A DNA stretch of 46,631 nucleotides from a virus (taxonomy: Duplodnaviria > Caudoviricetes), in IMG/VR virus record IMGVR_UViG_3300043178_000177, positions 1 to 46,631 of that record; one strand, written 5' to 3'. This document shows, piece by piece, positions 31,751-41,967 of the stretch. The position numbers and the translations under genes were made by a program. Under the pieces are notes generated by a model, which was not told the DNA's origin, made no database searches, and saw only the letters and a program-made list of their open reading frames with translations. Each line of letters begins with the position of its first letter. Within the stretch, counting starts at the first letter, position 1.

Positions 31751-33619
31751 TTAGGGATTTGAGTAGAGCAGAATATAGCCGAGCGTCGTGCCCGCAGGTG
31801 TCTTCACTTTGAGCACGCCGGACCAGCCGGAAGGGTCGGACGCGGACGTGAGCTCGCCGAAACGGTAGCCGTTACCGGAGCCGCCGGCGAGGATGAGCTC
31901 GCCGTTGGCGGTGAGTTCGAGGAGGGTGCTGTCGGCGAGGTTAGATCCGGGGCCTTGTATCTTGAGGGGCGAGGTGGTGGAGTCCGGCGCGGCGACGCTG
32001 GTGGGGCCGGCGGCGACGCCCGAGGCGATGTGAGGCGTCTGGGATGACCAGGTGCGGGCGTAGGCGGCCTGCGGATCATTGCCTTGCTGGAGGCAGGCAC
32101 CCCAGAGGTGGATGTCGCCGGTGGTCCAGTCGTCGGCGTTGGCGGCGTACTGGCGGATCACAATCCAGAGGCCGGTTTGGCCGCTTGCGAGCGTCCCGGT
32201 GATCTTGAAACGTTGCCAGGACGTCGTCAGCATCACCTGCGTGGGCCCAGCGAGGTAGGCCGCATAGGCGTTGTTGACGATCGCCAACGAGACCTTGCGC
32301 GGGCCGGATGCGACGCGCGCCCAGATGTAGAAGGTGTACGCGCCGCCGTCGGCGAGGCCGGCCACCTGCTGCTGGATCACGGGCGTGGTGGTGACGGCGG
32401 TGATGACGTCCGCGGTCTGGTTGCCGTCCGGGGCGATGTTGGCGTTAGAGGTTACGGAACACGAGCCGCCGTTCTTGTCCCAGGTGGCTGCGGCGAAGTC
32501 CTCGGAGTGCTTCGCCATATTCTCCAGTGGGCCGCCGATGGTCTGGTGATGGCCGCAATCGATGGGTCCGGTAAAGTGCTCGCCGGCGCGGTTGGCAGGG
32601 ACGTAACCCAGGGCGTTGGTGATCTCGCCGGCCTCCGGTGGGCTCGCCCCGATTGTCACGCTGACGCGGTCATTCGCAGGATCATCGGCCGCAGAAATCG
32701 AGACGCGACTGCCCTGGACGAGGTTGAGCGCCCGTCGCGTGCCGACATCAGCGCCATCCTTCTGGACCTTGTGCGGGAGCTCGCCGCTCACGATATCGCT
32801 GGCGGCGTGAGTATGGCCGGGCAGGTCGGCCGCCGCCAGATTCGCGCCGGCGGTCACGCGTCCCTTCGCGTCGACAGTGACTTTAGGATACGTGCCCGGC
32901 GACGCCCCAGACTGCGCCATCGACAGCAGGCCTGCGTCGACAGCGAGGCCGCCGGCGGCGTCGACCTGCACGATGCCTTTGTTCCCGTAGCCAGCGTCCG
33001 GATACGAAAACGTCCCAAAGGTCTGCCCGGGCGCGAAGTCGATGATGGCGTCGGCGGCGAGATGGTCATTGGCGTTGAGGGCAACGCCCAGGTCTCCGGA
33101 GCCGTCGGCCTTGCGCCACTTCATAGCTCCGGTATTCGGTAGCCGGACCAGCCCCGTGGCCGCCTTATTGCCGGAGCCGAGTTCCGCTCCATCGACGAAG
33201 CTCTTGAGACCCGTGATGGTGACGGCCCCGTCCTTGCGGACGTAGTTGCGGCTGGAGGCAGTGCCGAGTTCCTGCTCGACGGCGATGACGGCTTCCTGGA
33301 GGGCCTCGATGTAGGCCGCGACCATGTTGGCACGCACCGTGGCTCCGGCGGTGTGCTGCGCGGCCACGGTACCGAACGCTCCACGTTGGCAGCCGGTGAA
33401 CTGTGCGGCGGTCTTGGCAGTGTAGACGATCAGCTCGTCGTCGATGGAGAGGATACCGTATTCGTCCGCGAAGCCCCCGCCGGCGGACTCGACGCTGATG
33501 GTCGAGTCGTTGGCCTGCACCAGCATCGTCGTGATGGTCTCCAGCGGCTTCGTTGAGAAGGCATCGGCTGGCGAGAACAGGCTCGATGCGTCGTCGATCG
33601 CGGTCGGGAATCTAGGCAT
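31751..33619 (-). CDS. Phage tail fibre / receptor-binding protein with carbohydrate-binding-like domain
   Basis: GTYPKVTVDAKGRVTAG and HTHAASDI fibre motifs; EITNALGYVPAN; galactose-binding-like segment (SEDF...W...APDG...LTTSWQRF...WGA). Confidence 0.75.
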   Translation of the reverse strand: MPRFPTAIDDASSLFSPADAFSTKPLETITTMLVQANDSTISVESAGGGFADEYGILSIDDELIVYTAKTAAQFTGCQRGAFGTVAAQHTAGATVRANMVAAYIEALQEAVIAVEQELGTASSRNYVRKDGAVTITGLKSFVDGAELGSGNKAATGLVRLPNTGAMKWRKADGSGDLGVALNANDHLAADAIIDFAPGQTFGTFSYPDAGYGNKGIVQVDAAGGLAVDAGLLSMAQSGASPGTYPKVTVDAKGRVTAGANLAAADLPGHTHAASDIVSGELPHKVQKDGADVGTRRALNLVQGSRVSISAADDPANDRVSVTIGASPPEAGEITNALGYVPANRAGEHFTGPIDCGHHQTIGGPLENMAKHSEDFAAATWDKNGGSCSVTSNANIAPDGNQTADVITAVTTTPVIQQQVAGLADGGAYTFYIWARVASGPRKVSLAIVNNAYAAYLAGPTQVMLTTSWQRFKITGTLASGQTGLWIVIRQYAANADDWTTGDIHLWGACLQQGNDPQAAYARTWSSQTPHIASGVAAGPTSVAAPDSTTSPLKIQGPGSNLADSTLLELTANGELILAGGSGNGYRFGELTSASDPSGWSGVLKVKTPAGTTLGYILLYSNP

Positions 33620-36600
33620 TCAGCCTCCTCGCATTGGCGCGGAACGTGTTCATCCGGCTGCTCGGCTCCGGCGCATAGGCGACGGCGATGGGCGCCTCGG
33701 GCGACCTGGCAGCACGTGGGCGGTGATAGGTGGCGAGAGTGGCGGTGGCCTGAGACGTGACCTCCAGCGGCACGGGCCGGGAGTTCAGGCAGAATTGATC
33801 GAAGGCCCAGAAGCAGAAGGAGTACAGCCCGCGGTTGCGCCACATGCCGTAGGCCTCGCGCATGGGAGGATCTGGTGGGCCGTAGATGCCGGCCAGGTAC
33901 ATGCACTCGGACGCCGGGCGCCCGAGCTTCAGCGGGAAATCGAGCGTCTGGCGCATCAAACGGGCATTCTTCTGCCAGACGTCGTAGTCGAAGCCCTCCG
34001 CGCGGAAGTACTTCACGCCGTAGGCCGAGGTCTTCCATTCGTTGGGCAGGTTCACGTGGAAGTTCAGAGCGCGGAAGGCGGGATCGGGTGCCGGCTTCCC
34101 CTGGTTGGCGTCGAGCGGCCAAAGGCACTCGAAGACCGCCGACGGATGGTAGCGGCGGACGTAGCCGATCACCTCGGCGCAGTATTCCCAGATGCGATCG
34201 CGCAGGAAGTCGGCCGCCGCGATGTCGTCGTGGGGATCGTCGGTGTTCGCGAGGAAGTGGTGCAATGGCCGCCCGTAACGCGCCTGGAAAGCCGCCTTCG
34301 TATCGTCGTCGTAGAACGGCATGCCGGAGGCATTCGGGAAGTACCACCACTGCGTTTCGCCGAACTGGAGGACGACGGGCAGTCCCGCCACCGCGAGTTC
34401 ATCGGCGCATTCCTTGTACATCTGCTTGAGGTAGCTCCGCACCCGCGTCCCGAAGTGCAGCTGCGTGGAGGGCACAGGCAGATCCACCGGCGCGCCGTCC
34501 CAATAGCGCGCCGCCATCGCGACAGGCGGTCGGTAGCACTCCATGGAGAAGGCGAAGCTGGCGTCGATGCCGGCTTGCCTGAACTCGCTGGCGAGGTCCC
34601 GGATCCAGTTCCTTGCCCCTTGCGTCATCACTGGCGCGATCGTGTCGATCATCTCCCAGTCGCCCTCGGCGCCTGGTTGGTCAAGCGGCGGCTCGCCCTG
34701 CGTGACGCTCAATTGCGAGCTGGTCGAGATCGTGAAGGTGTAGCTCGGCGCGCGGGAACGGATGTGAATCGAGCTGGCATCGCTGTCACACCAGACGCCC
34801 GGAAACGTGACGTTGATCACGGCGCGGAGGTGGGCGGCGATGTCCTTGGTCTCGAGGCCGGCGCCTGGCGAGAAGTAGAGCGATGTGCCGGAGAGATTGA
34901 CCCATAACGGTCCGTCAGGCTCCCACGCCCCGATGCTCACGGTGCAACTGGGATAGGTTGCCTCCACGCGCCGCCGCTTGTTGTTCCAGAAGACGCCCAT
35001 GTAGACATCGGCATGGCCCCGGAAGCCGAGACGATCCAGATGCCACACGTGCCAGGCGGGCGGCTTCTTGTAGCCATGGTCCGTATCGAAGTCGATCGCG
35101 AGCGAGACGTCGCTGTAGACGGCTGGCGGTTCCGGAGGGTCCTGCGGCACCAGCGGCCACAGGTAGTCGAAGTAGAAGTAGTAGCCGGCGCTCGACGGAT
35201 GTTTGTCGAAGAGCGCGCGGAGCTCGACGGTGTGCGTCCCGGCTGGCAGAGCGCCGGCCAGCTTCCGCATTGCGGCGAGGCCGTTGTAGTCGTTCAGGTA
35301 GAGATCGTGGACAACCGGCGCACCGCCGTCGATCGTGACGTGAATCCGGCCTGCGTCGCGGCCGAGCCACGTGCCGAGATAGAGATCGTGCTGACCCGAT
35401 CGCGAGTACCGGATCGTCACCTGGCGCATGTCCTGGGCGTTGTTAGGTGCGCAACGCCTGGCGTGGCCCAGGGACCACCACGGCGTGGGCCATGCGGCGC
35501 CGTAGCTGTAATCCTCCCAGAAACCCTCGTAGCGGCACCGGCCATCCGACTCTTCGATACGAGGGGCATCGCCGCCGACCTTCAGTGCGCGATCGCCGGT
35601 GACGGTGATGTTCGAGATCGTCACCTGCCACTCGATGTCCGACCTGGTGCCTGTGATGGTGGAGATGCGCTGAATGCGCGTGCCCGGCGCCCAGGACTGC
35701 GGCACGGACGAGTCCTCGCCACGGCGGACGAGGACGCGGTAGAACCAGGTGGCCGGATCATCCGGATCAGGCTTGGACAGACCGAAGTTGGCGAGGCACG
35801 TGACGCGCTCCTCGACAGCGGGCGTTCCCACGTAGTACTTGAGACCGGCGAGCATCGCTTCAGCATCGGTGACCTGCCACTCTTCTTCCGCGCCCGCCGC
35901 CGAGGCTGATACGGCCCCATTCAGGAGCCCGCCTGCCGCCAGACCGTATTCGACATCCTCGAATCGTGGGGCGAAGGTCAGATGGGCCAGGACGATGTCA
36001 TTGGCAGGGACAGCGACGAGGGCGTTGCGATCTCCATTCAGGTAGCCGGAGAGCGACGCGAAGGGAAAGGTGAAGCGATACACCCGGTTGTTGTCCGCGC
36101 CCTCTACTCGCATAGCACGCGAGGTTGCACCGAACGCTCCCTCCGTGTTCTCGAGGCGCACGATCTGGTTGCCGCCGTCCACGGAGACGCGCACCGGGAT
36201 GCCGTTGGCGTCGCGCCCGTAATCACCCAGTTGCCCAATGAGCCGCAGTTGGATCGCTGCGGAGGTGTTCGTCATTGCGAACCCCTCTGCCGCCAAGCTG
36301 CTGGGCTGATCGCCGTAGTCGGGCAGCGGGTGATCCACCATCCGATCCTTCAATACCCGCCCGAAGTGCCGTGCGCGCGGAAGCACCCGGCACTGGATGT
36401 TGTACAGCTTCCCGTAGTGCGGCTTCTTGAAGTACGCGGTGAAGGTGCCGGCCCCGGCTGCGATGACCTTGACGACCTCGTCATTGGCACTGCCGATGTC
36501 GACGCCCACGTAGTCGCCGGCGCGGATCTCCGCGGACGAGGTCACCTGCGCAGTGTACACTCCGGGCACGAATCGGCTCAGCGTGGCAGGTGCAGAACCG

Positions 36601-37451
36601 CTGTTCGTCGAGACGGTCACCGGGCCATTCACACCGGTCTCGAGGCTGACGGTGATGACGTTGCCTGAGGCTGAGCACTCTACCAGGTAGCTGGAGATGC
36701 CCACCATGGACGCCAGGCGTGAAGCGATGTCCGCCGCGTCCGTGGCTCCGTCTTCGCGAATCCCGGCGCCGCCGCTGTTGACCACCAGGTAGTGCCAGAA
36801 GTTGGGATCGTCCTGCCACCAGATGGCCTGTTCGCACGACGTCACGTCAGCCGCGCCGATGTTGTTGAGCAGGCGCGTTTCCAGATTGCAGAACGCGATG
36901 GCCTCCGCTGACGTGCACGACCACCGCGTGCCCATGAAGTAGACGTAGACCACGTCCGTCAGTCCCGGCGTGGCGGCGCCCACCAGCAGGTCATCCAGCG
37001 CCTGGCTGTCCTGGTCGCAGATGGAGAAGCCGAAAGTGCCCGAGGTGAAGCCGCCAGAGAGAATCTGCGTGTGGCTCATAAGCGGGACTTCGTAGATGTC
37101 GCCGATACCGGCGGTGATTGTCAGCTTGTCCCATCCGACCGAGGCGTAGCGGACACAATCGGGCCGCACGTTGCCCTCCTCGCCGTTGACCCGGAGGATC
37201 TCCATGTTGAACTGGAGGGTTAAGCCGGAGAGGTCCGTCACCGGCAGCGGCTTCAGGCGCAGGTGATTGAAGTAGTCGTAGGCAGCGAAGAGCTGGACGT
37301 TGGCGAAGTCCTCTGCCGCCTGAAAGATGCCGGAGACCTGGAAGCCGGTGGCAGTGGCGTCGTGCAGAGTTGTCGTGGCGGCGCGGCCGGAGAAGCCGTA
37401 AAGTTGGACCGTTCGTCGCGGGTCGAAGATGTGGAGCGGTTCTTTAGACAT
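33612..37451 (-). CDS. Large phage tail protein with C-terminal glycoside-hydrolase-like TIM-barrel domain
   Basis: ~1280 aa in tail operon; AFSME...LQFGETQWWY...FECLWP...EGFDY...WAFDQF pattern; preceded by a CBM-like beta sandwich. Confidence 0.7.
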   Translation of the reverse strand: MSKEPLHIFDPRRTVQLYGFSGRAATTTLHDATATGFQVSGIFQAAEDFANVQLFAAYDYFNHLRLKPLPVTDLSGLTLQFNMEILRVNGEEGNVRPDCVRYASVGWDKLTITAGIGDIYEVPLMSHTQILSGGFTSGTFGFSICDQDSQALDDLLVGAATPGLTDVVYVYFMGTRWSCTSAEAIAFCNLETRLLNNIGAADVTSCEQAIWWQDDPNFWHYLVVNSGGAGIREDGATDAADIASRLASMVGISSYLVECSASGNVITVSLETGVNGPVTVSTNSGSAPATLSRFVPGVYTAQVTSSAEIRAGDYVGVDIGSANDEVVKVIAAGAGTFTAYFKKPHYGKLYNIQCRVLPRARHFGRVLKDRMVDHPLPDYGDQPSSLAAEGFAMTNTSAAIQLRLIGQLGDYGRDANGIPVRVSVDGGNQIVRLENTEGAFGATSRAMRVEGADNNRVYRFTFPFASLSGYLNGDRNALVAVPANDIVLAHLTFAPRFEDVEYGLAAGGLLNGAVSASAAGAEEEWQVTDAEAMLAGLKYYVGTPAVEERVTCLANFGLSKPDPDDPATWFYRVLVRRGEDSSVPQSWAPGTRIQRISTITGTRSDIEWQVTISNITVTGDRALKVGGDAPRIEESDGRCRYEGFWEDYSYGAAWPTPWWSLGHARRCAPNNAQDMRQVTIRYSRSGQHDLYLGTWLGRDAGRIHVTIDGGAPVVHDLYLNDYNGLAAMRKLAGALPAGTHTVELRALFDKHPSSAGYYFYFDYLWPLVPQDPPEPPAVYSDVSLAIDFDTDHGYKKPPAWHVWHLDRLGFRGHADVYMGVFWNNKRRRVEATYPSCTVSIGAWEPDGPLWVNLSGTSLYFSPGAGLETKDIAAHLRAVINVTFPGVWCDSDASSIHIRSRAPSYTFTISTSSQLSVTQGEPPLDQPGAEGDWEMIDTIAPVMTQGARNWIRDLASEFRQAGIDASFAFSMECYRPPVAMAARYWDGAPVDLPVPSTQLHFGTRVRSYLKQMYKECADELAVAGLPVVLQFGETQWWYFPNASGMPFYDDDTKAAFQARYGRPLHHFLANTDDPHDDIAAADFLRDRIWEYCAEVIGYVRRYHPSAVFECLWPLDANQGKPAPDPAFRALNFHVNLPNEWKTSAYGVKYFRAEGFDYDVWQKNARLMRQTLDFPLKLGRPASECMYLAGIYGPPDPPMREAYGMWRNRGLYSFCFWAFDQFCLNSRPVPLEVTSQATATLATYHRPRAARSPEAPIAVAYAPEPSSRMNTFRANARRLNA

Positions 37452-37500
37452 TCGGAAGGTCGTCACCGGTGGAGACAAGAGTAGGACTCGTGCGCCTCGG

Positions 37501-37509
37501 TGCTACACT
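37501..37509 (+). promoter_or_regulatory. Extended -10 (TGCTACACT) for antisense small gene
   Basis: TGn-TACACT 47 nt upstream of ATG 37557. Confidence 0.4.
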
Positions 37510-37556
37510 GACGGTGGGGAGGCTGCGGTAGATGACTCCCAGGAGGATCCGCCACC

Positions 37557-37712
37557 ATGAAGAAGAGCGTGAAGGTCGAACGAGATCCTGAAAAGGGCGT
37601 GAATTGGAGAAAGGAAACCACCGAAACCGAAGACAAGAAGGTGATTGTCGAGAAGGAAGTAGGGTGGTTCCAGGACAAGATCATCAGTCGCGAGGAGATT
37701 AAGAAGAAGTAG
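37557..37712 (+). CDS. Small charged protein, 51 aa, antisense moron (MKKSVKVERDPEKGVNWRKETTETEDKKVIVEKEVGWFQDKIISREEIKKK)
   Basis: Read by hand; AGGAGG RBS; A-rich; sits in a 440-bp gap between two tail genes. Confidence 0.75.
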   Translation: MKKSVKVERDPEKGVNWRKETTETEDKKVIVEKEVGWFQDKIISREEIKKK

Positions 37713-37890
37713 TTATTGCGCATCTCCGTCATGCCGCAACGAGCACTCGTGCGCCAAAGGTTCGGACTGCTGATATCTGACTTTGAATGACGCCCAACCC
37801 GGCTGAGTGGTGGTGTGTGGCCCGGTTGGTTGATCGGCCACGTACTATTCTTCGCCCTCGGTAAAGTGGCCGATTTGTCCTCGACCGGGC

Positions 37891-40800
37891 TCAAGTCTGG
37901 ATCACCACCGTGAGATCAAACCCTGAATCCGGCGAAGCGACGCTGAGGATGTCGAACGCCAGGTCCTCACCCTCGTTCAATGTCGGAGTGGGCCAGACGG
38001 TCGGACGAATGCGCTCACCGTCGGCGTGGTCCTTCGTGACGATGGCGTCGAACGTCTGGTTGTCCGGATCGACGCTGATCACCTTCACGTACTCCTCGTT
38101 CGGGCCGCCGAGGTCGATGAAGACGAACTTACCGGCCTCGATCCCCAGGCGGTTGGCGCCGTAGGAGGCAGTCTGAATCGTCTGCGGCGCTGGGCTGCCG
38201 GTGACCGACTGCGCGAGGATCAGGCCGTAGTCGGCGTAGGGGAGGCGCCGCGTTGCGGGTAGCCCGTAGCCTTCGTTGTTCACCAGGAAGTCGTAGGTGT
38301 TCTTGTAGGCTGCCGGCAAGGACTGCGCGATGCCCATGTACTCGAGCGGCTCCCACGTCGCCCCGCCGTCACGGCTAATCTTGACCAGGTACGCCGACTG
38401 TCCGTCCGTCGTGCCCTGTTGGAGGTAGGCGTAGATGCAGCGGATCGAGGCCGCGTCCTGGACCTTCATCGGGATGACGACGTTTTCCTGCACGGTGAGC
38501 GGGCCCGGCACCTGGAAGGTGTAGGCGCCGCCGTTGCAGGTCCGGAGGCCCGGCATGTACGGCTCGTTGTGCCGGGAGAGCGGGAAGACGGTGAACGGTC
38601 CGTAACCGAAATGATTGGCAACGCCGGCCAGCGCCGCGACGATGCACGCGCTCGGGAGCTTCGCCTCAATCCGGGCGGGCAGCCCGGGTGTGCGGAAGAA
38701 GCCCTTGCGGACGCTGAAGGTGAACGTCTTCTGGTCCAGTTTGTAGAAGCGAATGCCGGCGAGATGTGCGCACCGAATTGTGCCGAACGTCGCCTGGCCC
38801 TCCGGAACGCCGGGATAGGCGCGCTGCAACGCGAAATCGCCGGTGGGCACTACGTCGCCCGTGTTCCCCGGCCCGATGATCTGAGCGCATTCGTAGGACC
38901 GCCGCCCGGGGTTATTCGGATCGGCTGACTCATCGGTGAACACGACGAAGTCGCCGACCCGGAAGACGCGCGCCGTGTCGGGATTGACGGTGCACGCCGC
39001 GGTCGCAGGGTCAGTGGTGGCATCGAGGCCTGTGTCGATGGACGCCCAGAGATCCGTGGTCAGCTCGTCCACGTAGTAGAGTGCCAGGGTGGTCTCATGC
39101 GCGCCGACGATGTTGGCGTTGCCCGAAGTATCGGGAGCGACCAACATGTCGTCGATCGCTAACGTGCCGTAGTCGCCCAGGCGCGGCGTGCCGCTGAGGA
39201 CACCGGGAACGCCGGTGTCGATTAGAATCTCTTCCGGCACCTGGTCCGGCACCACGTCGGCGGGTTTGGGTCCGGCAACCAGATCGTACATCGAGTCCGT
39301 CGTGGTTCGGCCCTGGATGTCGATCGAGTAGTCGCGGTTGAGCCGCCAAGACGTGACACGGAACTCGCCGCTCCCGCCCGGCATGTCCGGGTGCGTCATG
39401 GAGCAGACCATTCCTGGCTCCGTGTTGAGCGCCAGGACGGTCGTCTTGAAGGCCACCTGGCGCGCCTTTTTCCACTCGTCCGGCGTGATCCCGCCCAATT
39501 CCTCCCGGAGGCGAACGGTGACGATCCTGCCGGCCTGGGACTTCGACGAACTGCCTGCGAGGTTGACGCTCGATTTCAGGAACAGCGGTCCCGCGCCGCC
39601 GCCGATCAGGTTGGCGTGATCGATGTCGTAGACGGCCACCGAGTTCGCGACGAACTCGAAATCCTCGTCGGCGAAGTTCGCGGTCAGGTGGTTGAAGGAC
39701 GGCTTCAACGGCGCAAGCTGGAGGCTACGGAAGAGGATGTTGCCATCGGTGAAGGCCTCGACCGCCGAGGAGTTTACGCGCACGCCGATCTTGAGCTTGC
39801 CGAAGGCGAACGTGTAGTAGCCCAGGCAGTTCATAAGCACTTCCTGGAGCCAGTCCCGCAGCGGCTTCTCCTCCTGGATCACCCCGCGGAACTTGAACTG
39901 TGTCTCCGTGCCTACGCCAACCAGCTTCGCCACCTGCTCGTCGCAGATCGATGCTGCCGCGATGGCGGCGTTCACGTCGAAGAACGTCTCGGCCAGATCG
40001 AGCTGCTGCGTGGTGGCGGACTCGCCCAACCGGATGCCCCGCGCGCGGAGAAGCATGTTTATAGTGATCCAAACGGGGTTGGTAAGAGGCGGACCCCAGA
40101 CGCGGACGCCGGGCGAGGTCCAAACCCAGCCCTTCATGCCCAGCGATACAACGGCCTCCATCTGGTGCTCGCCGGGCCGGGAGAGTTGGAGGCCCTTGGC
40201 GTCGGATCGCCGGATCACCAGAAACGCCGTGCCGGCGGCGAAGTTGTCCTTGTAGGTGGAGTTGCCGGCGAAGACCTTGCGCCAGTCGCCGCCGGTCTGA
40301 TTGCCGGACTGGTCGAGAGAGAACCAGTCCTGCGCGCCGCCGGGATCGGAGCCGAGCACCTGGCGCAGTCCGAAGCTGCCGGGGTATCCGTGATGGTACT
40401 GGCCGTCGAGCTTATGGCCGGTTCCGAAGGCCACCAGCGGGCCCTCCCCGACGATGCCCAGCGCCTCGTAGAAATCGCTCTCGTCGCGCCCGGCGGCGAT
40501 CTTGCAGTTCACCGGCATATTCGAGTCGGTGTAGACCTCGGGCAGGACCTGGTCGTAGATGGAGTTGGCAACGAGCGAGACGCTGGTAAGCGGCGAGCGG
40601 CCGAAGCCCCAGGTGCCGGTCGAGTTGTCTTTGATGCGAACGCTCTGCGGCTCGGCGAGGATGCCGCCGTAATAGCGTTTCATGCCGTGCGCCAGGCAGC
40701 CGTTTTCGGTCTCGTAGCCCTTGTCGCACTTTGTCGGATCGGCGGAGGGGAAGTGGACCAGGTCAAGCGCGCCGACGGTTGCGAAGGGACAACCTCCAGA

Positions 40801-41700
40801 GTTGAACGGCTTCCAGCAGGTGCGCGAGATCTTGCGCGTCGGATAGGGCAGGTTCAGTTCGTACAGGCCGTCGGCCGCGGTGACCTGGAACTCCGGGCCG
40901 GCGTCGCAGGCCCAATTGACGATCTCGCCCTTCCAGAGATCCAGCTTGATGCCTGTGCCGACATGGAAGAGGGAGAACTCGAGCGCGGCGCGATAGAGAT
41001 CGACATCGTTGGCCAGATCGCGCATGACGCGGTCGGCATTCCCGAAGGAAAACTGCGCCTCGTCGGCCTCGTTGCCCATGCCCTGCGAGATGCCATCGAA
41101 CTCCAGCAGGCGCTCCTGGTATAGCTGCGAACCGATAGTGCATCGCCGGTCGGAGACGTAGATAGCCGGGTAGCCGGACTGGAGCGGCTGCATACGGACG
41201 ATTGGGATGATCTGCTGGACCTGTGACAGCAGGGCGTCCTTCAGCGCTGGGGGTGGGAATCTCGTGACGGTTTGGTTGAGCGGGTACGTGGGCGAAGAGG
41301 ATGGGATCTCGACGAGCGTGACACCGAGCGAGCAGACGGCGTCCGTGACCATCTCCCAGGACAGCGGCTCGTTGGCGAAGCGGCAGGTGTAAGCCGTGGT
41401 GCTGAGGCCGTCGTCGTTGGGCGCATAGTAGGTGAACGCCCCGTACGGACCGTACTTCGTCTCCCAAAAGTTGCGCAGGGCGATTCGGTCAGGATCGCGC
41501 AGCCAGGCTTTGCGAACGGTGAACCGCTTGGCGCCCGTGCCGAGGAGGAATCGCTGTTCGATCTTTGCGTTGCCGGAGCCGAACTGGTGCACGGCGACCT
41601 CGGGCGCATGCGCGCGGCCGTGCGGGTAGTCCGGCACGAGCGGAAACACCCCCGACGCCACGATTTCCGGCACCGCGATGTTGCCGATGTAATCAGGCAA
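37891..41700 (-). CDS. Phage tail tip / hub (host-specificity J-like) protein with N-terminal distal-tail-like domain
   Basis: 1269 aa; CWK...CPF...CDK...C cluster resembling lambda gpL; TNPVW...AASICDEQV...QEVLMNC tail-hub motifs. Confidence 0.75.
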   Translation of the reverse strand: MPDYIGNIAVPEIVASGVFPLVPDYPHGRAHAPEVAVHQFGSGNAKIEQRFLLGTGAKRFTVRKAWLRDPDRIALRNFWETKYGPYGAFTYYAPNDDGLSTTAYTCRFANEPLSWEMVTDAVCSLGVTLVEIPSSSPTYPLNQTVTRFPPPALKDALLSQVQQIIPIVRMQPLQSGYPAIYVSDRRCTIGSQLYQERLLEFDGISQGMGNEADEAQFSFGNADRVMRDLANDVDLYRAALEFSLFHVGTGIKLDLWKGEIVNWACDAGPEFQVTAADGLYELNLPYPTRKISRTCWKPFNSGGCPFATVGALDLVHFPSADPTKCDKGYETENGCLAHGMKRYYGGILAEPQSVRIKDNSTGTWGFGRSPLTSVSLVANSIYDQVLPEVYTDSNMPVNCKIAAGRDESDFYEALGIVGEGPLVAFGTGHKLDGQYHHGYPGSFGLRQVLGSDPGGAQDWFSLDQSGNQTGGDWRKVFAGNSTYKDNFAAGTAFLVIRRSDAKGLQLSRPGEHQMEAVVSLGMKGWVWTSPGVRVWGPPLTNPVWITINMLLRARGIRLGESATTQQLDLAETFFDVNAAIAAASICDEQVAKLVGVGTETQFKFRGVIQEEKPLRDWLQEVLMNCLGYYTFAFGKLKIGVRVNSSAVEAFTDGNILFRSLQLAPLKPSFNHLTANFADEDFEFVANSVAVYDIDHANLIGGGAGPLFLKSSVNLAGSSSKSQAGRIVTVRLREELGGITPDEWKKARQVAFKTTVLALNTEPGMVCSMTHPDMPGGSGEFRVTSWRLNRDYSIDIQGRTTTDSMYDLVAGPKPADVVPDQVPEEILIDTGVPGVLSGTPRLGDYGTLAIDDMLVAPDTSGNANIVGAHETTLALYYVDELTTDLWASIDTGLDATTDPATAACTVNPDTARVFRVGDFVVFTDESADPNNPGRRSYECAQIIGPGNTGDVVPTGDFALQRAYPGVPEGQATFGTIRCAHLAGIRFYKLDQKTFTFSVRKGFFRTPGLPARIEAKLPSACIVAALAGVANHFGYGPFTVFPLSRHNEPYMPGLRTCNGGAYTFQVPGPLTVQENVVIPMKVQDAASIRCIYAYLQQGTTDGQSAYLVKISRDGGATWEPLEYMGIAQSLPAAYKNTYDFLVNNEGYGLPATRRLPYADYGLILAQSVTGSPAPQTIQTASYGANRLGIEAGKFVFIDLGGPNEEYVKVISVDPDNQTFDAIVTKDHADGERIRPTVWPTPTLNEGEDLAFDILSVASPDSGFDLTVVIQT

Positions 41701-41703
41701 GTG

Positions 41704-41967
41704 TCAGCGCTCCTCGACGCGGATCATGAACGAACGGTCCTCGGTGCGGCCGCCTGTGGTCGTAACCCGGTTGGTGACCGTGTAAGACTGTCCCACCGTG
41801 CCGCCGGAAAGCCAAACCGTCGCCGAGGAAGCTGTCTTCGTATCGGCGACCTTCGTGAGCCCGGTCGGGACGAGCCACTCGCTGGTTGCGATGTGATCGC
41901 CAGCAAGCCAGCGGGTCCAGTCGATCGTGTAGTCGAGGACCGCGTGAGGGTCTTTCGCAAACGTCAT
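41704..41967 (-). CDS. Small phage tail adaptor protein (87 aa)
   Basis: KDPHAVLDYTIDWTRWL...VWLSGGTVG.SY.VTNRVTTTGGRT.DRSF; ATGA overlap with upstream gene. Confidence 0.8.
   Translation of the reverse strand: MTFAKDPHAVLDYTIDWTRWLAGDHIATSEWLVPTGLTKVADTKTASSATVWLSGGTVGQSYTVTNRVTTTGGRTEDRSFMIRVEER

Noticed and set aside
37545-37559. GGATCC-GCCACCATG looks like a BamHI + Kozak cloning scar
   Set aside because: Overlaps a natural AGGAGG SD; no vector, tag or other synthetic sequence nearby; treated as coincidence
37463-37894. 143-aa minus-strand ORF bridging the tail genes
   Set aside because: Ser/Phe/Pro-rich antisense read of the 51-aa plus-strand gene, which has RBS and promoter support
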